This document shows positions 14,386 to 26,999 of a stretch of DNA of 64,000 nucleotides, in pieces (within the stretch, counting starts at the first letter, position 1; each line of letters opens with the position of its first letter). This DNA is from Lama glama (lineage: Eukaryota). Location of the stretch: NCBI GenBank assembly GCA_028534125.1, contig CM052816.1:90522001-90586000 (forward strand). Reading direction: 5' to 3'. A program made the position numbers and the translations under genes. The notes under the pieces were generated by a model that was given only the letters and a program-made list of their open reading frames with translations, was not told the DNA's origin and made no database searches.

Positions 14386-15379
14386 TGGGGGGCTTTTAAA
14401 AGCACACTTGTGCTTTAAAGAATTTCGCCATGCTTCTAAAAGGTTCACAGAAACATTGGTTAATCCCAAAGAATTTCTGGATTTCCTCCTATCCTTCCCT
14501 TTTGTTTTTTCTTTTTTGAAATCAGAGATGTTGACACACCATGGTGTTAAAATGGGAGAAGTTGGTTGGAGAGGGGGGTAATCCTCATGTAAGTCTATCT
14601 CCACACACGAAAACAAACCCTCCTGTCCTTGAAAGAGGGGAAGTATGGCAGAGTCAGTGTTGTGAACGTTTCTTCCTGCCATCTGCTGACTCTACGCTTT
14701 CAAACTATTTCTTAAGCAGCTGCTAGGCAGCTGTTTCAGACTCCTGAGGTAGGTAGAGAGGAAAGGAATGGAAAAAAGGATAAAGACTCTACAGTGAATT
14801 GCGTTCCACCCAGACTCTAGGTAGAGCTGTGCAACGTTACATTATGGAGACAACCGTATTAAAGTCCTTAGCTAGAGACCCACCTGGTGGAGAAAATGCT
14901 AGGGTCAGTCCACTTGGTGGTTGGACCACTAGGGCCTATGGCTTCACCAGATGGGGCTGAATTAAATTATCTACTTATGAAGGGGCTGTTGGGGGAAGGG
15001 TGTCAGTTAGGAGCCACGTGGATGAAGGCTTAGGCGAAGCCAGGAAGATAAAGGATTTTGAGACAGAATAAAAATATCTCATCAATCTCCCACAAAGTCA
15101 CCAGAAAAGCCTGCTGCTCAAGCAAAGCTAAATTTACTAGATTTCCTGTAATAAAGGAGAACAATTCTTGGCAGAGCTTAGCAGTGTCTCAAAATGGGGA
15201 AATTGGGGAATCACATGTATGGAGGTAGACTATGTCTTCTACCACCATATACCCAGTGCCTAGCACAATACTCAGCATACATAGAAAATAAATGGGTCCT
15301 AGAGAGGAAATCCAAGGATGTGCTAAGCATTCTATAAGTGATATGAGCAATAAGAATACAAAGGAAATAATGCTTTCTG

Positions 15380-16050
15380 AGTTTCAAAGCAGTAAAAGCA
15401 GATTGCAAGAACTTAAAATCATCATTGATGTAGGGAGGTATGAAGATGAAGAGGAAAGACAGTGAGGTAAGAGTAAGTAAGGCTTGTCCCAGTAGCCATA
15501 GGATCATTCTAAGGTGAATGAAGAGGTTACGTCGGAGAAATAAGCATGCTTGAAGGATGAAGCTAGATCTAAGGGCTCTGGACACCAGAAAGACAGATAA
15601 ACTGAGAGGTTTTGAATAGCAACAGCAAGAAAGAGGAATTTCTTTTAAGAAATCAAATCCAGCTAAAGTATTCCACTTGGATCAGAGAGGAAGGAGGAAG
15701 AAGCCAATTAGGAGGCACGAGGTAAATAAGTCTTGGATGAGGATGTTCACAAAGTTAATGGAAAAGGGAGTAGAGATACAAGATACGAACCAGGGCCAAC
15801 AAGCCACAGGACTTGAAACAGAACAAATGTGAGTCATTAGACATAAAAGAAGAGTCAAATGGAACTCCAAATTCCCAAGCCTCTTGGTTGGGAGACTCAT
15901 GACGCCCCTGGGAATCAGGAACAGGAGACACAATAGGGAGAGAGGACAGGGTTTGTACAAATTGAGACAGGTTGGGTTTCTTCAAGTGTGAGGATATCTA
16001 AGTTATACCTCCAGAAGGCAGTTAGACATATGGGGGTGATGTTTTGGTGA
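15380..16050 (-). mobile_element. Degraded L2 fragment
   Basis: Purine-rich stretch with gagtcaa...ctcc...ttggttggg...gggaatcaggaacaggag motifs typical of reverse L2. Confidence 0.5.
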
Positions 16051-18027
16051 AATGACAGAAGATGAGAGGCGAGACCCATCACTACATCTCCAGTGGTTCC
16101 CACAGACCAGAGGCAGTCCTACCTGGATCCAGGTGAGATTTCCACCAGCCTCTCAATGACAGAAAGAGCAGGTGGGCAGGGTCTTCATTCAGGAGCAAAA
16201 CAAGTTGTTCACAAAGTGAAGTATGAAAGTATTTCTCTCCTTTTGCCAAGGGTGCTTTCAGTCCCTACACAGTGGGGCTCCCAAGGGCCCCAAGAAGTAT
16301 TTCTGCAGCTCATCTCACTCCCACTCTTTCTACCCTTCAGATCTACTCAAGACAGCCGGTGTGACCTGACGTGTGCTCCAGGCCTAGCCTCTGGGACCCG
16401 TGTCCCTAACTCCATCCTGGAGGACAGCTCCTCTGAGTTGGGGTTTCTCACTGTCTCTCATAGAAAGGCTCAACAGAGGACTTCCACACCCTTCAGCACA
16501 AGGCAGCACAACACTTCAAGCAAAAACCTTTCTCCGGCTGATTTGGAAGAATTCTCAACATAACCCCACGCTTTATCATGATTTAAAAATGCCTTCTTCT
16601 TCACAAAGAGTGATGAGGAGGAGAGCTAGGGGAGAAAACAGGAAGTTGGACCTAGGAAATTTGTTTTCCCACTGGTGAAAAGAGTGTCTCCTAAAATGAT
16701 TTTATTTCAGTGCTAACATCATTCTTGAGGGTCTCTCACATTTCATTCTGGTAGAGAATGAAGCACTTGAGCAAATGAGAGTTGGAGAAAGACAGAAATC
16801 AATAGAGAAGACTAAGAAAAAAACTAGCCAAGGAAAGGAAGAGTCAGGACTCAAAATACCGGAGGAGTAACTTCAGCAGAAGCTGAAGATAATGGTAGGT
16901 GAAAAGCCACCAGACCTGACAGTGAGAGAGATGGTGACCTTCAAAAGAGGAGTGTCAGCAGAAAGGGGTCAATATGCCAAGTTTAATTCAAATCACCGAA
17001 GAATCATCCCCTCTAAGCCTGTACTTCCTTGACCTAGCTTGCCTGACTTCTTATAGTCACATGTCAGCCTCCCCAAATTTTATCGGTTAACTCAAGAAAG
17101 CAGAAGAACACTTTATATGAGTAATAAAACTGTGATCTTGGTGGCACTCATGATAATTTGTAAAATCACATATTTTAACACATGCACAGCAAATTTACTT
17201 TCAGGAAACCCTTGTCAGTTTTCTGCCCTCTGTCGCAAACTGGCTCTGGGCTGAGTTTCCTAAGACTGCATATTTGTGTCTGCATTTCTGGAATAGTATT
17301 AAGAATGCATTCTACACCCAACTCCTTCTCAAATAGATCCATTGATGGCAATTTTGAGAAGCCTCCTTAATTAGCCCATATTCTGAACATCTGTGCTGTT
17401 CTCTATCTTAGTATTTTCTGTCAGAAAAACTAAGCCACTTCCCTCCACTGGTATTTGTTTTTAAACCAAGCTCAGATTCTGACATCCTTTTTTTAAGGTG
17501 CTGAAATTCACGCAGGATTCCTTACCACATGCTTTGAACTTTACCCATATGACATGACAAATGCGCTCAACTCCCCGTCTGTGATTGCTTCCATTGGCAG
17601 AGGAACTTAATTTGCAGTTGGACATGATTTTAGGCATTGCCATTATATTAGTCTATTTTTTTAACTAGAGAGTCAATTCCCTAGTTAAAAATAACTAGAT
17701 ATAACTAAATAAATCTCTAAGTTATATTGGACAAGGAATACTTTCAAGGTTAAATCCCACAGCCAAACAAATTAATTTTATAAGGTGATACTGTCTAGTT
17801 TAATGAACCTTACTTTTAATCCAACTTGCAAAAGGTTTTCCAAGTCATTAGCCATTCCTAGTAAAATAGCTTTTTGATCTATACAAACAGATCCCCAGCA
17901 CCATGGCCTAAATGACCTCTTATGCCCATTAGACTAAGCAACGTCATACAGACACTAATTTTTAACAGATACGTTCCGATTTCAATAATGCAAATAAATG
18001 AGTTAAACAAAAGCAATATTAGTGTGG

Positions 18028-19133
18028 GTATCATTCAGGGTTCTCCAGGGAAACAAAACTAGTAGGATATATATACGTATGTATAACTATTCATGTATGT
18101 ATATATATGTTTTTTCTTGGAGGTTTATTTCAAGGAATTGGCTTACATGGTGGTGGAGGTTATCTGAAATGCATTGGGCAGGTGGCAAGCTGGAAATTCA
18201 GGCAGGATTACTATGTTACAGTGTTGAAGCATAATTTCTTCTGCATCCAAGAAACCTCAGCTTTTGCTCTTAAGGGCTTCAAATGATTGGATGAATGTGT
18301 TCGTATTATCAAGGGTAATCTCCTTACTTAAGTGTAATAACAATAATAATAAGGACACAAATGAACTAATTATTATTTTGATTTCTTGAATATGTGTAAG
18401 CACATTTGACTGTCCTTTATAATTGGATTACCGCATTCTGTTGATTCTTGTTTTGTAGTTGGCTTTATTCCTTTGATAACTATGTAAATTTAAAAAGTTA
18501 AAGATCTAATCTCTTCTTAGAAACAATAATTTGTACATATATGTAAACTAAAAAAAAGTGCAGAATACTGTATATACATACTTACATGCAATATAATGTG
18601 TATGTGCAGTCAAACTGTAACAATTCTACCTAATAAAACTGAAAAAGGAGAAAAAAAGTACAATCAATTACTTGAAGTTAATTGTACATTTTTTTAATTG
18701 AGATGTATTGATTTACAGTATTATATAAGTTTCAGGTATATCAGTGATTCACAATATTTAAAGATGATACTCCATTTATAAGTATTATAAAATATTGGCT
18801 GCATTCCACATGCTGTACAGTATATCCTTACAGCTTATTTATTTTATACATAGTAGTTTGTACCTCTTAATCCCCTTTTCATTTAATTTTTTAAATTTTA
18901 ATGTATTTTATTTAAAATAAAATTGTACTTTATTTTCATTTTTATTTATTTCTAATTCAGTTTTTAATTTTGATTCTGATTTTGAGTATCCTTTTTATCA
19001 GATAAATACATAAAGTCAATTGATTGTAGTATCAACCACATCTACAGAATACTTTCACAGCAACATCTAGGTTAGTGTTTGATTAAATTATTGGGTGGTA
19101 CAGCCTAGGCAAGCTGACACATGAAACCATCAC
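18028..19133 (-). mobile_element. MLT2-family LTR split by a composite insertion (about 18334-19010)
   Basis: The left part tcagggttctccagggaaacaaaactagtagga...gggtaatctccttactt resumes at aaagtcaattgattgtag...gctgacacatgaaaccatcaca. Confidence 0.8.
18688..18878 (-). mobile_element. Short L1 3' end nested in the MLT2 LTR
   Basis: Poly-T then aattgagatgtattgatttacagtattatataagtttcagg...tttgtacctcttaatcccc. Confidence 0.85.
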
Positions 19134-19854
19134 AGTGTGGTCATCCTTTTGGGTCCACAATATCATCACAGTTCCTATATCAGCAAAGACTGTGTCAGAT
19201 GAGGGAGAATGTTAGCAAGACCCAAAAGGCATACACTCCTGCTTTGCAATAGAAGATCATCCAACAACAGAAACTGACAATCATGGAAAATTGCATAAAT
19301 CACAGAAGATATAATCACATAAGCCATAGAGAGACATCTCGTAGGGCCAAAACCCAACACTAACTAATTGACTTTAGTCTTTCATACACTTTTATTGTCA
19401 AAACAAATATTCATTTGTTTTAAGCAAACCACACCACACTAATGGAAGACATTAATTATCTTAGCTGAAAAGGTCTCACATTATACAAATTTTAATTTTA
19501 TCCAGGGTATGTAATAGTTTCCTTTTGTCAAAGTATATGGTTATTTTTTTTAACTTGATGATACTCTATAAAAATAATTATGAAGCAAATTCTGGTTCAT
19601 CAACTTATAGAATATGCCTCCCTAACTGGGTTTTTATCATCTCAAAGTGCTACAATTAAGGAAGCGAGAAAAAAAATGAAGGATAAGGAAGTTGCCATCA
19701 TGGCTAGAATCACTTTTATTCTAGTTGCCATATTTCTTTTACATCCTAGTTTCACTTCTTTTTTACTCCCTCACATTTAAAAAAAGAAATTACTCTCAGG
19801 AAACTAGAATTATCAAAATCAAATCTCTTATTTTGAGCTTTTGGATGACTCATC

Positions 19855-20334
19855 TCATGTGTCGAATTGGCTAGGCTGCAGTGCTGAATCATTTGGTCAG
19901 ACACCGGTCTAGATGTTGTTGTGAAGGTATTTGACGATGTAACTAAGATTTAAACCAGTAGACTTTGAATAAAGCAGATTACTCCCCATAATATAATTGG
20001 CTGTATTCAATCAGTTAGAGGTTTCTCATAGAAGAATAAATTCTACACAAGACTGGAACATAGAAATTCTGCCTGCTTCTAGCCTGCTGCCTTTAGACTC
20101 AGGACTGTGACATCAACTCTTACCTGAATTTACAGCCTACCGGTCTGCCCTTCCAATTTTGTACTTGCCAGCCTCAGGAATCATGTGAGCCTGTTGATTC
20201 CAGTTGATGAATAAATAGAATATATGCTTGATAGATAAGTAAATATATGTGTGTATGTACATTATATGTGTGTGCATGTATATGTATGTACATGTGCATG
20301 AGGAGATACACATGCTGTTTCTCTGAACCAATAC
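19855..20334 (+). mobile_element. MLT2-family solo LTR
   Basis: gtgtcgaattggctaggct...ctagatgttgttgtgaagg...cttgccagcctc...ctgtttctctgaaccaataca. Confidence 0.82.
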
Positions 20335-21239
20335 AAAGATTGTTCCTTAATTTTTTCATAACTATTTCAGACAAGAAGGGCAACTTACTGTAACAAAAAA
20401 ATCTTAGCTCATATGCCTGTTTACACCATGAATTCAATAATTTATTTCAGTGGTATGAGGTGCCTTAAGTTTTAACCTGAAAGGTCTGAGATGCATTTCT
20501 TTTCCTTTATTTTGACTTTTCAGAGACTGACATCCCTGTTCATCCATAAACAGCAGTTGGCAAGACTGAATACACTCTTCCTCCTTCCAAGCGCTGCTTT
20601 AGTGTTGCCTGGGGCTTCTAGGCAGTGGATACTGGCCAGTGTAAATAAACGACAGGTGTTCAATGTGGCTCCTGCATACCTGTGCCTGGGAGGGATACGA
20701 ACTTGCGGTGGTGGAACTAGGAAACTGAAACAATATGGTAACTTGGGGGTGTCCACTGTGGCCGCTGAAGATCATTCTCTTATTACTCTTTCCTAGTGTC
20801 TGCTTCTGTGGAGCCATTCAGTCAATCTGTATTTGCCTAATTCATCTGAGAATTGCCGTGGGTAAGGGATGGAGGAAAGCATAACAGACACGTAAGGACG
20901 TGAACACTAGTCTCTTAAGAGACCTGCTTTATTGATAAGGTTTTGCTGAGATGAGTAAGATTTGCCTCGTTGCCAAGGCAACCTGTCCACTGGAATAACC
21001 CAACTGTCCCACATTCTGGCAAGTGGTCCTTGCACATTTAATAAAGGGGAAAATAAATATAACTACAGACCCACATCAGAGGGAAGAGAGAAAAATAAAA
21101 ATACAAAAAGGAAAAAGATAATTTGGGGAGAGGTGGGCGTTGGGTTTGAAGACTGAGGTTAAATGTTATCTTCCCAGAAGAAAGCCAGCGCGATGAGGAA
21201 TACAAAAAATAGATGTCTAAGTCTGACACAGCGTTTCCC

Positions 21240-21662
21240 CACCCCCTCCCCTCTCTGATCTTGTTTCTTAACACCTTCCTGTGCTGTCTCTGCCCAGCAT
21301 CACTGGACTCCTTGGCTGTCCTCTAACATGCCATGCTCAAGTCTGCCTGAAAACCTCTCTCCCCAGATAAGCGGCTGGCTCCTCCTCGCTCATATCCTAC
21401 AGGTCCTCTTATCAGAGAATCCTTCCTTGGACACCATCCCTCACTGCCCTTCTCCGTCACTTTACCTACTTAATTGTTTTCATAGCATTTATCACCATGT
21501 AATATTAAATATCCATGTATTTCTTTATTCCCAGTTTCTCCCGCTAGAACGTAAGCTCCTTTAGAGCAGACTATGAGCGTCTTGCTTACTGCTCTGTCGT
21601 CAACATCGTGAAGAGCGATTTGTTTCTTGTACAGTAAATCATTATCTGTTAATAAATGAAGT
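21240..21662 (+). mobile_element. L2 3' end
   Basis: ...gctagaacgtaagctcctttagagcagact...cagtaaatcattatctgttaataaatgaa. Confidence 0.75.
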
Positions 21663-21894
21663 TGTACTCCCAATCTTTAAAAATCCAGTTGAGGAGATAA
21701 AACTAAAACATAAAAACAAGTATATAATGTTAATGGTAGAAAATAACAAGGCAAAACCAAACCAAAGTCAATTGCAAGGGATTACAATATGGGTTAGTGG
21801 AGGTAGGGGAAGAAAGCATTACTGGAGAAATGAGACTTCAGTCACTACCTGAGAAATCTCTCTAAAAAGCGCTCTACATCATGCTAGTTAGTAC

Positions 21895-22390
21895 CTGTTG
21901 TCGGCTCTGTCAGGCCAGGCAGGGGCTGGCAGCCTGGAAACCACATTTCCCGGGCTCTTTTGCTAGCAGGGCTCTAGTCAAGGTTTTGCCCTCAGGAGGC
22001 TCTCTCATGAGATCAGAGAATAGAAGAAGAGTAAGAACCCTTCTTCTTCAGGCCACAGCAGTGGCTGTAGGCTCCTTGGTACCTGTAGGACACCTGGGCT
22101 AGGGTGAAGCAACAGACCATCACAGGCAGTTTGGGGCAGAGGGATTCAGGGACGCAGGTCTGGTAACACCTCCCTGTAGTTTCTGACCTTTGAAAACCAC
22201 TTCGTTTTCTGTTTCTCCAACCTTTACAATAATTTTAGAATCTAATTGCCCATATTAAATACCTCTCTACAATCCGATCACTAGAAAGGAAATAGAAATA
22301 GCAATTAAAAACCTCCCTACAAATAAAAGTGCTGGAAATATCTTAAGTGGCTTTTATTTTTCTTGACTCAATCCAACCGATCTGATAACC
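21895..22390 (+). mobile_element. ERVL LTR (LTR33/LTR16-like) carrying a small L1 patch
   Basis: ggaaaccacatttcccgggctctttgctagcagg start region, and attaaatacctctct|gctggaaatatcttaagtggctttt end region. Confidence 0.65.
22269..22330 (+). mobile_element. 62-bp internal L1 ORF2 fragment
   Basis: 22271-22330 translates to NPITRKEIEIAIKNLPTNKS, resembling the L1 ORF2p segment NRPITxxEIxxxIxxLPTKKS that precedes PGPDG. Confidence 0.85.
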
Positions 22391-23256
22391 ACCTACTCCT
22401 TATCCTATCAGTTCAAGCTTTCTTTAATTCCTATTCTCAGTTAAACAAAGATTTAATTCATATTCATATTCTTTAATTCATTTTCTAAATCCTCTAGCTT
22501 CTCTAAAGATGGGGAAGAAGGCTACACCATAACCATTCTCAAGAAAGCCCTCTCAATCAATTGCCTCTAGCCAGCATTCTTCTGTCCTTTGTCCAAAGTC
22601 TTACATTATGTGAATTTTGCACTCAGCCCCACACATTATCATATTTTACTCCATATCTTTTCATAAATAAAAATGTTCACTCTCCAATTAAATTTTAAGT
22701 TCCTGGAGAGCAAGACTTGAAGTTTTTTTCTTTTCTCTCTGGTAATACCCACGACAATGCTGGGCATGCTGTCAGTACCTGATCAACAGACATGCATTAG
22801 TGTCACTTGAAAGAGATCAAAGAGAGTATTTTCACATGACTTCAGTGTAGAAGGGCAAGGACTTGGTCATAGATTATATCATAGATTATATTGCTGGACA
22901 CACTGGTATAAACCGTCTTAAACCTTAGTCATTGCAGAGTTCAAGGGCTTGGGAAAAAGTCAGCACAGAACTGCTAGAGGACCCTTGGTTGTGCATGTGA
23001 AAACTGTTATTTCAGTTCAATAAAGATGAATATACTAACAACTGGAGCCAGAAAGCTATTTTTAGCCAAGTGTCACCCCTCTAAAACTTGCCAGAATATC
23101 ATTGCATATTGTCCACATTTCCAGAAAAGTAGCAGATAGACTATTTCACTTCAACTACTTTTGATCAGTAATCTCAATATTTGCTTAATTTTTTTCTGTT
23201 ATTTTCTACTAGACAAAGTTTTGTGATGTGATATCAATAAACAGCCACTTCTTATG

Positions 23257-23368
23257 TTTTTTTTTCTCCCCCAGAGGAAATTGTTCTGAACATAGCTGTA
23301 GATTCAGTGTGTCTGTGGGAGGAGGCAAGGTCAGGATCCTTCTGCTTTGCCATCTTGAACCAGAACCC
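23257..23368 (-). mobile_element. Isolated fragment resembling the extreme 5' end of an L1 5'UTR
   Basis: The minus strand reads ggttcaagatggcaaagcagaaggatcctgaccttgcctcctcccacagacacactgaatctacagcta..., with the YY1-type caagatggc motif, then A9. Confidence 0.6.
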
Positions 23369-24699
23369 TTCAATCTCTTATCATGAGCAAAGGAATTATT
23401 TTCTGGATGCATAGTTGAATCTATGACATAGTCAACTCAATTAAATAGATTTGGATAAAACAGCAGGAAAGCTATTAAAAAAGAAAGAATCCAAAAAAGA
23501 AGAAAATGAATCTACACAATCCAGTATCTTCTAAGAATTTTGAAGTAAACTGTCAAATTGCCATCTTTGACCCTCCAAAGAAAAATCAGCTAAGTTAAGA
23601 ACCAGAGGATAGGTCTGGAAATTTGGAAACAGAAACAATTCTATCCTGGTTTTAGAAGAGAGAAAGAGACTTACATTACAAAGAACCCTCCAGTGCCTCG
23701 TATATGATTCTAACAGGAATTGATCTGTTATTCAGTAAGCAGAGAAAAAGTCAATATCTTCTTATTACTAACAAAGCCCTGAAAATGCTACTAACTTAAA
23801 ACTTGGGAAGTATCCAGGTGAGGAACTGAGAAATAAAGATTTTATTCTTAGATTATAGAGAATATTAGGATCGGGTCTTTAGATGAGGTGTGTATGCTTA
23901 ATTTCCTTCATTGGGCACTGCCAGGCTGCTCTTTAAACACTGATACATGCCTGTGGCTTTAATTTGACTATCCCAACCAAATTAGACAGTCCTTATTGTG
24001 ATAAATTACATTATTCAAGGATGTTAGTTACTAACAATAGCAAATTGGCTATTTAAGAAGAAAAGGAATTTAGTCAAGGATAATAGATAGGTCTCAGAAT
24101 CTTCAGATAAGTCAAGGAACGGGTTTATAGGTTGGCTAGGTGACCAGGCACAAAACCTAAGGTACACCATCCTATGGCCAATAGTCCACTGACGTTGTCC
24201 CAAAGCAAGGACCCCAGCACAGCAACCCACGCCTCAGAGATCAGCCATGCTTTCCACCTCTGCTCTCCCTGTCTCCAACTTCCCAGCCGAGCCAGGATGC
24301 AGACTACATGCAAGGCCTTTGCTTTCTTTGGATGTTTGTTCTAAATCCAAGTCCTGCACAAGTGCATCTCATTTATATCTTCTAGGTCACGTGCTTTTGC
24401 TTAATTGCAAAGGATACTTCCATTTTGAGCCATTTTGGATCCAAAAGAAAAAGAAAAAACCTGTAATGCCAATCCTATCTTTATTTAAAATTTTGTTCAT
24501 CATTGAATTTTGCTTTTTTATTTTTTAGACTATTACATTAAAATACTATTTACCTTGATTACTGAGTTATTTGGTTCTCCCTTAAATCTGTCTTCTGAGG
24601 TGAATGCCCCACTCTCCCTACCTTGGTCCTGGCCCTAACAAAGAAAGCTGGGAGAGTAAGCTTCTGGATAAAAATCCAGTTTCTGGACTGAAGGGTTAT

Positions 24700-25204
24700 A
24701 TGTCACACTGAATGGTGGACCTCAGAAACGTCCATATTCTGAACCCAGAACCTGTGAATGTGTTAACTTCCATGGGCAAAGGGAATCTGCAGATGTGATT
24801 AAGGATCTTGAGGTGGTAAAAATCATCCTGGATTGTCCAGGTAGGCCTTATCAAATCCCAAGTTTCTTCATGGGAGGAAGGCAAGATAGTCAGAATAAGA
24901 GTTTAGGAAATGCGACAATGGAAGCAGTAGACAGAGAGAGCTGGAGATCCCATGCTGCTGGCTTTGACCATGGAGGATGGGGCCTGGAGCTAAGGAATAC
25001 AGACAGATTCTAAAAGCTAAAAAAGTCAAGGAATCAGATTCTAGAGACTGCAGAAAGAACGCAGCCATGCCAACACCTTAATTTTAACCCAGAGAGACTG
25101 ATCTTGGACTTGTGACCTCCAAAACTGTAAGATAATAAATTTCTGTTTTCTAAACCACTAAGTTTGTGACAATTTTTAAATATCAGCCATAGAAAACTGA
25201 TAAA
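24700..25204 (+). mobile_element. MaLR solo LTR (MLT1C/D-like)
   Basis: cccagaacctgtgaatgtgtt...gcagatgtgattaagg...tgacctccaaaactgtaagataataaat...cagccatagaaaactgata. Confidence 0.9.
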
Positions 25205-26663
25205 GACAAGGGGATTCTCCAGACATCATCAGAGAGCTCAAAATGAATAAGGCGGTCATGGGGCGTGACACCTGCCCCACACCTGAAGATTTTCCATTTT
25301 CAATGTCTGTTTTTATCCTTTTACTCAAAACTCCAGAACTGACATACTGCTATGGTTCTTACAACAGAGCTACAGACAAACAGTCTTTGTCAGGTGAAAC
25401 GGTGAATTCCCCACTTCACTCTATCCACCAATTCAACAAGTGTCTTGAGTCTTTTTGTCCACATATGTTCAATTGTCCTAGGTTGATTTTCAGTTGTTAG
25501 AGTTCAGGAGTCTGGTCTCTACTGACTTCCAAACATTCAAGACCAAAATACAGAACTCCAGCCTTAGTTTCTTCCCAAGAATAACTATAGCAACAAAACG
25601 GCAGAGTCATTTTTCTCTAGTTTTTTATTAGAAAATAATGACTTTCCGTCCTTATTAAACATGGCTTTAATCTACTATAATGTAACGCTCCTCACAGGAA
25701 TAATCACAACAACAAAACCTACTTTAATTGCTTGCCTAGTGCTTTGTTTTCCATGGAAAACCGAAACATTGTAACACTATAAAAGATAGTTTTCCTGTTT
25801 CTTACGGGAAAAATTGTGTATTCTTCACCCCAGAATATAAGTAGAGTACACTGTGCATTTAGCAACCAACTGAAGACTGTGTTTGCACATTTCATAGATA
25901 CAGATGGTCTCCGGTGTACATACAGATTATACTCTGAAAGTTCATTTGTTGGCCAGTCATTCGGAATTCATTTTAACAGAGCAACATTTGTTAACATGCA
26001 ACAATTATTGCAATCTCATTGTAACAGCCCAGAGAAAGCTGTAGCTTTGTAGAAGTTGGTCTCATGAAGTCCATCTCAGTGAAGGGTCTGGTTGGGGCAG
26101 AACATAATTTGAAGAGCACATAACGTGATATGCCCTGAAGAAGGAAAAAGTTTCGTGTGATAAAGGAGGTTGAAATAAGTGAAGCCAGGTTCAGGGCTGC
26201 CTGAGGGAAAGTGTCTCTGAATGTGGAGATGAGAGTGACTCGGGAAAGGACAAATATCTTCTGGGGACAAAATGTCCAATGTTTCACATAATGCACTAAT
26301 GCTTCGGTGTTGGGGGGTTATTTGCGGGGTGGGGAGGGGACGAGGTGAGCACACATGGGCCACATCAAGGCTGGCGAAGGGCAAGAACAATCATGTGTGG
26401 AAACCCCAGGGCTACATGCTTTCATAATCATAGCCAGCGAAAACAAATGACAGCCTCAGTTCTTGGCTCCAAGCTCCCCCTGAAATCTACTTCTCATCCT
26501 CAAGACCTGAGCTCGCAACCATAAAGTGAGTTAATTAATCTCAAATTATTCCTTTGTTCCTAAAGTCTCAAGTAAAGAACTTCATTTGAAGAAAGGAGGT
26601 AGAGGGGGACAGAGGTGGGATAAACCTAAGCCAGAGTCATTCTACTGGGAAAGACTCTTGAGG

Positions 26664-26689
26664 ACACACACACACACACACACACACAC
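26664..26689. repeat. (CA)n microsatellite
   Basis: Perfect CA run. Confidence 0.95.
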
Positions 26690-26999
26690 TCGCGGCATCT
26701 TTTCAATATAAAATTCTGAATTTTTTGTCCTGGCGGACAACTCCATAGAACCCGACTCCAGGGACTACAATGCTAACGGTGGCCCCCAGAGCTGTGCATG
26801 TCGTGGCCCTGACATGAAGAGAAATTCATTTTCACTTCAGGACCTGTGAGCCATGATGCGTGTGAAAGTGGCAAAGAAACAGACTCGGAAAGTTTATACC
26901 CTCATTCGTGAGGCAGGAAAACCCCTCAAGGCTCCCTGAGGGCTGGGCTGGGTCTTGAGCCATATGCATTCTCGTGACCCCACACCATGACGAGCACAA

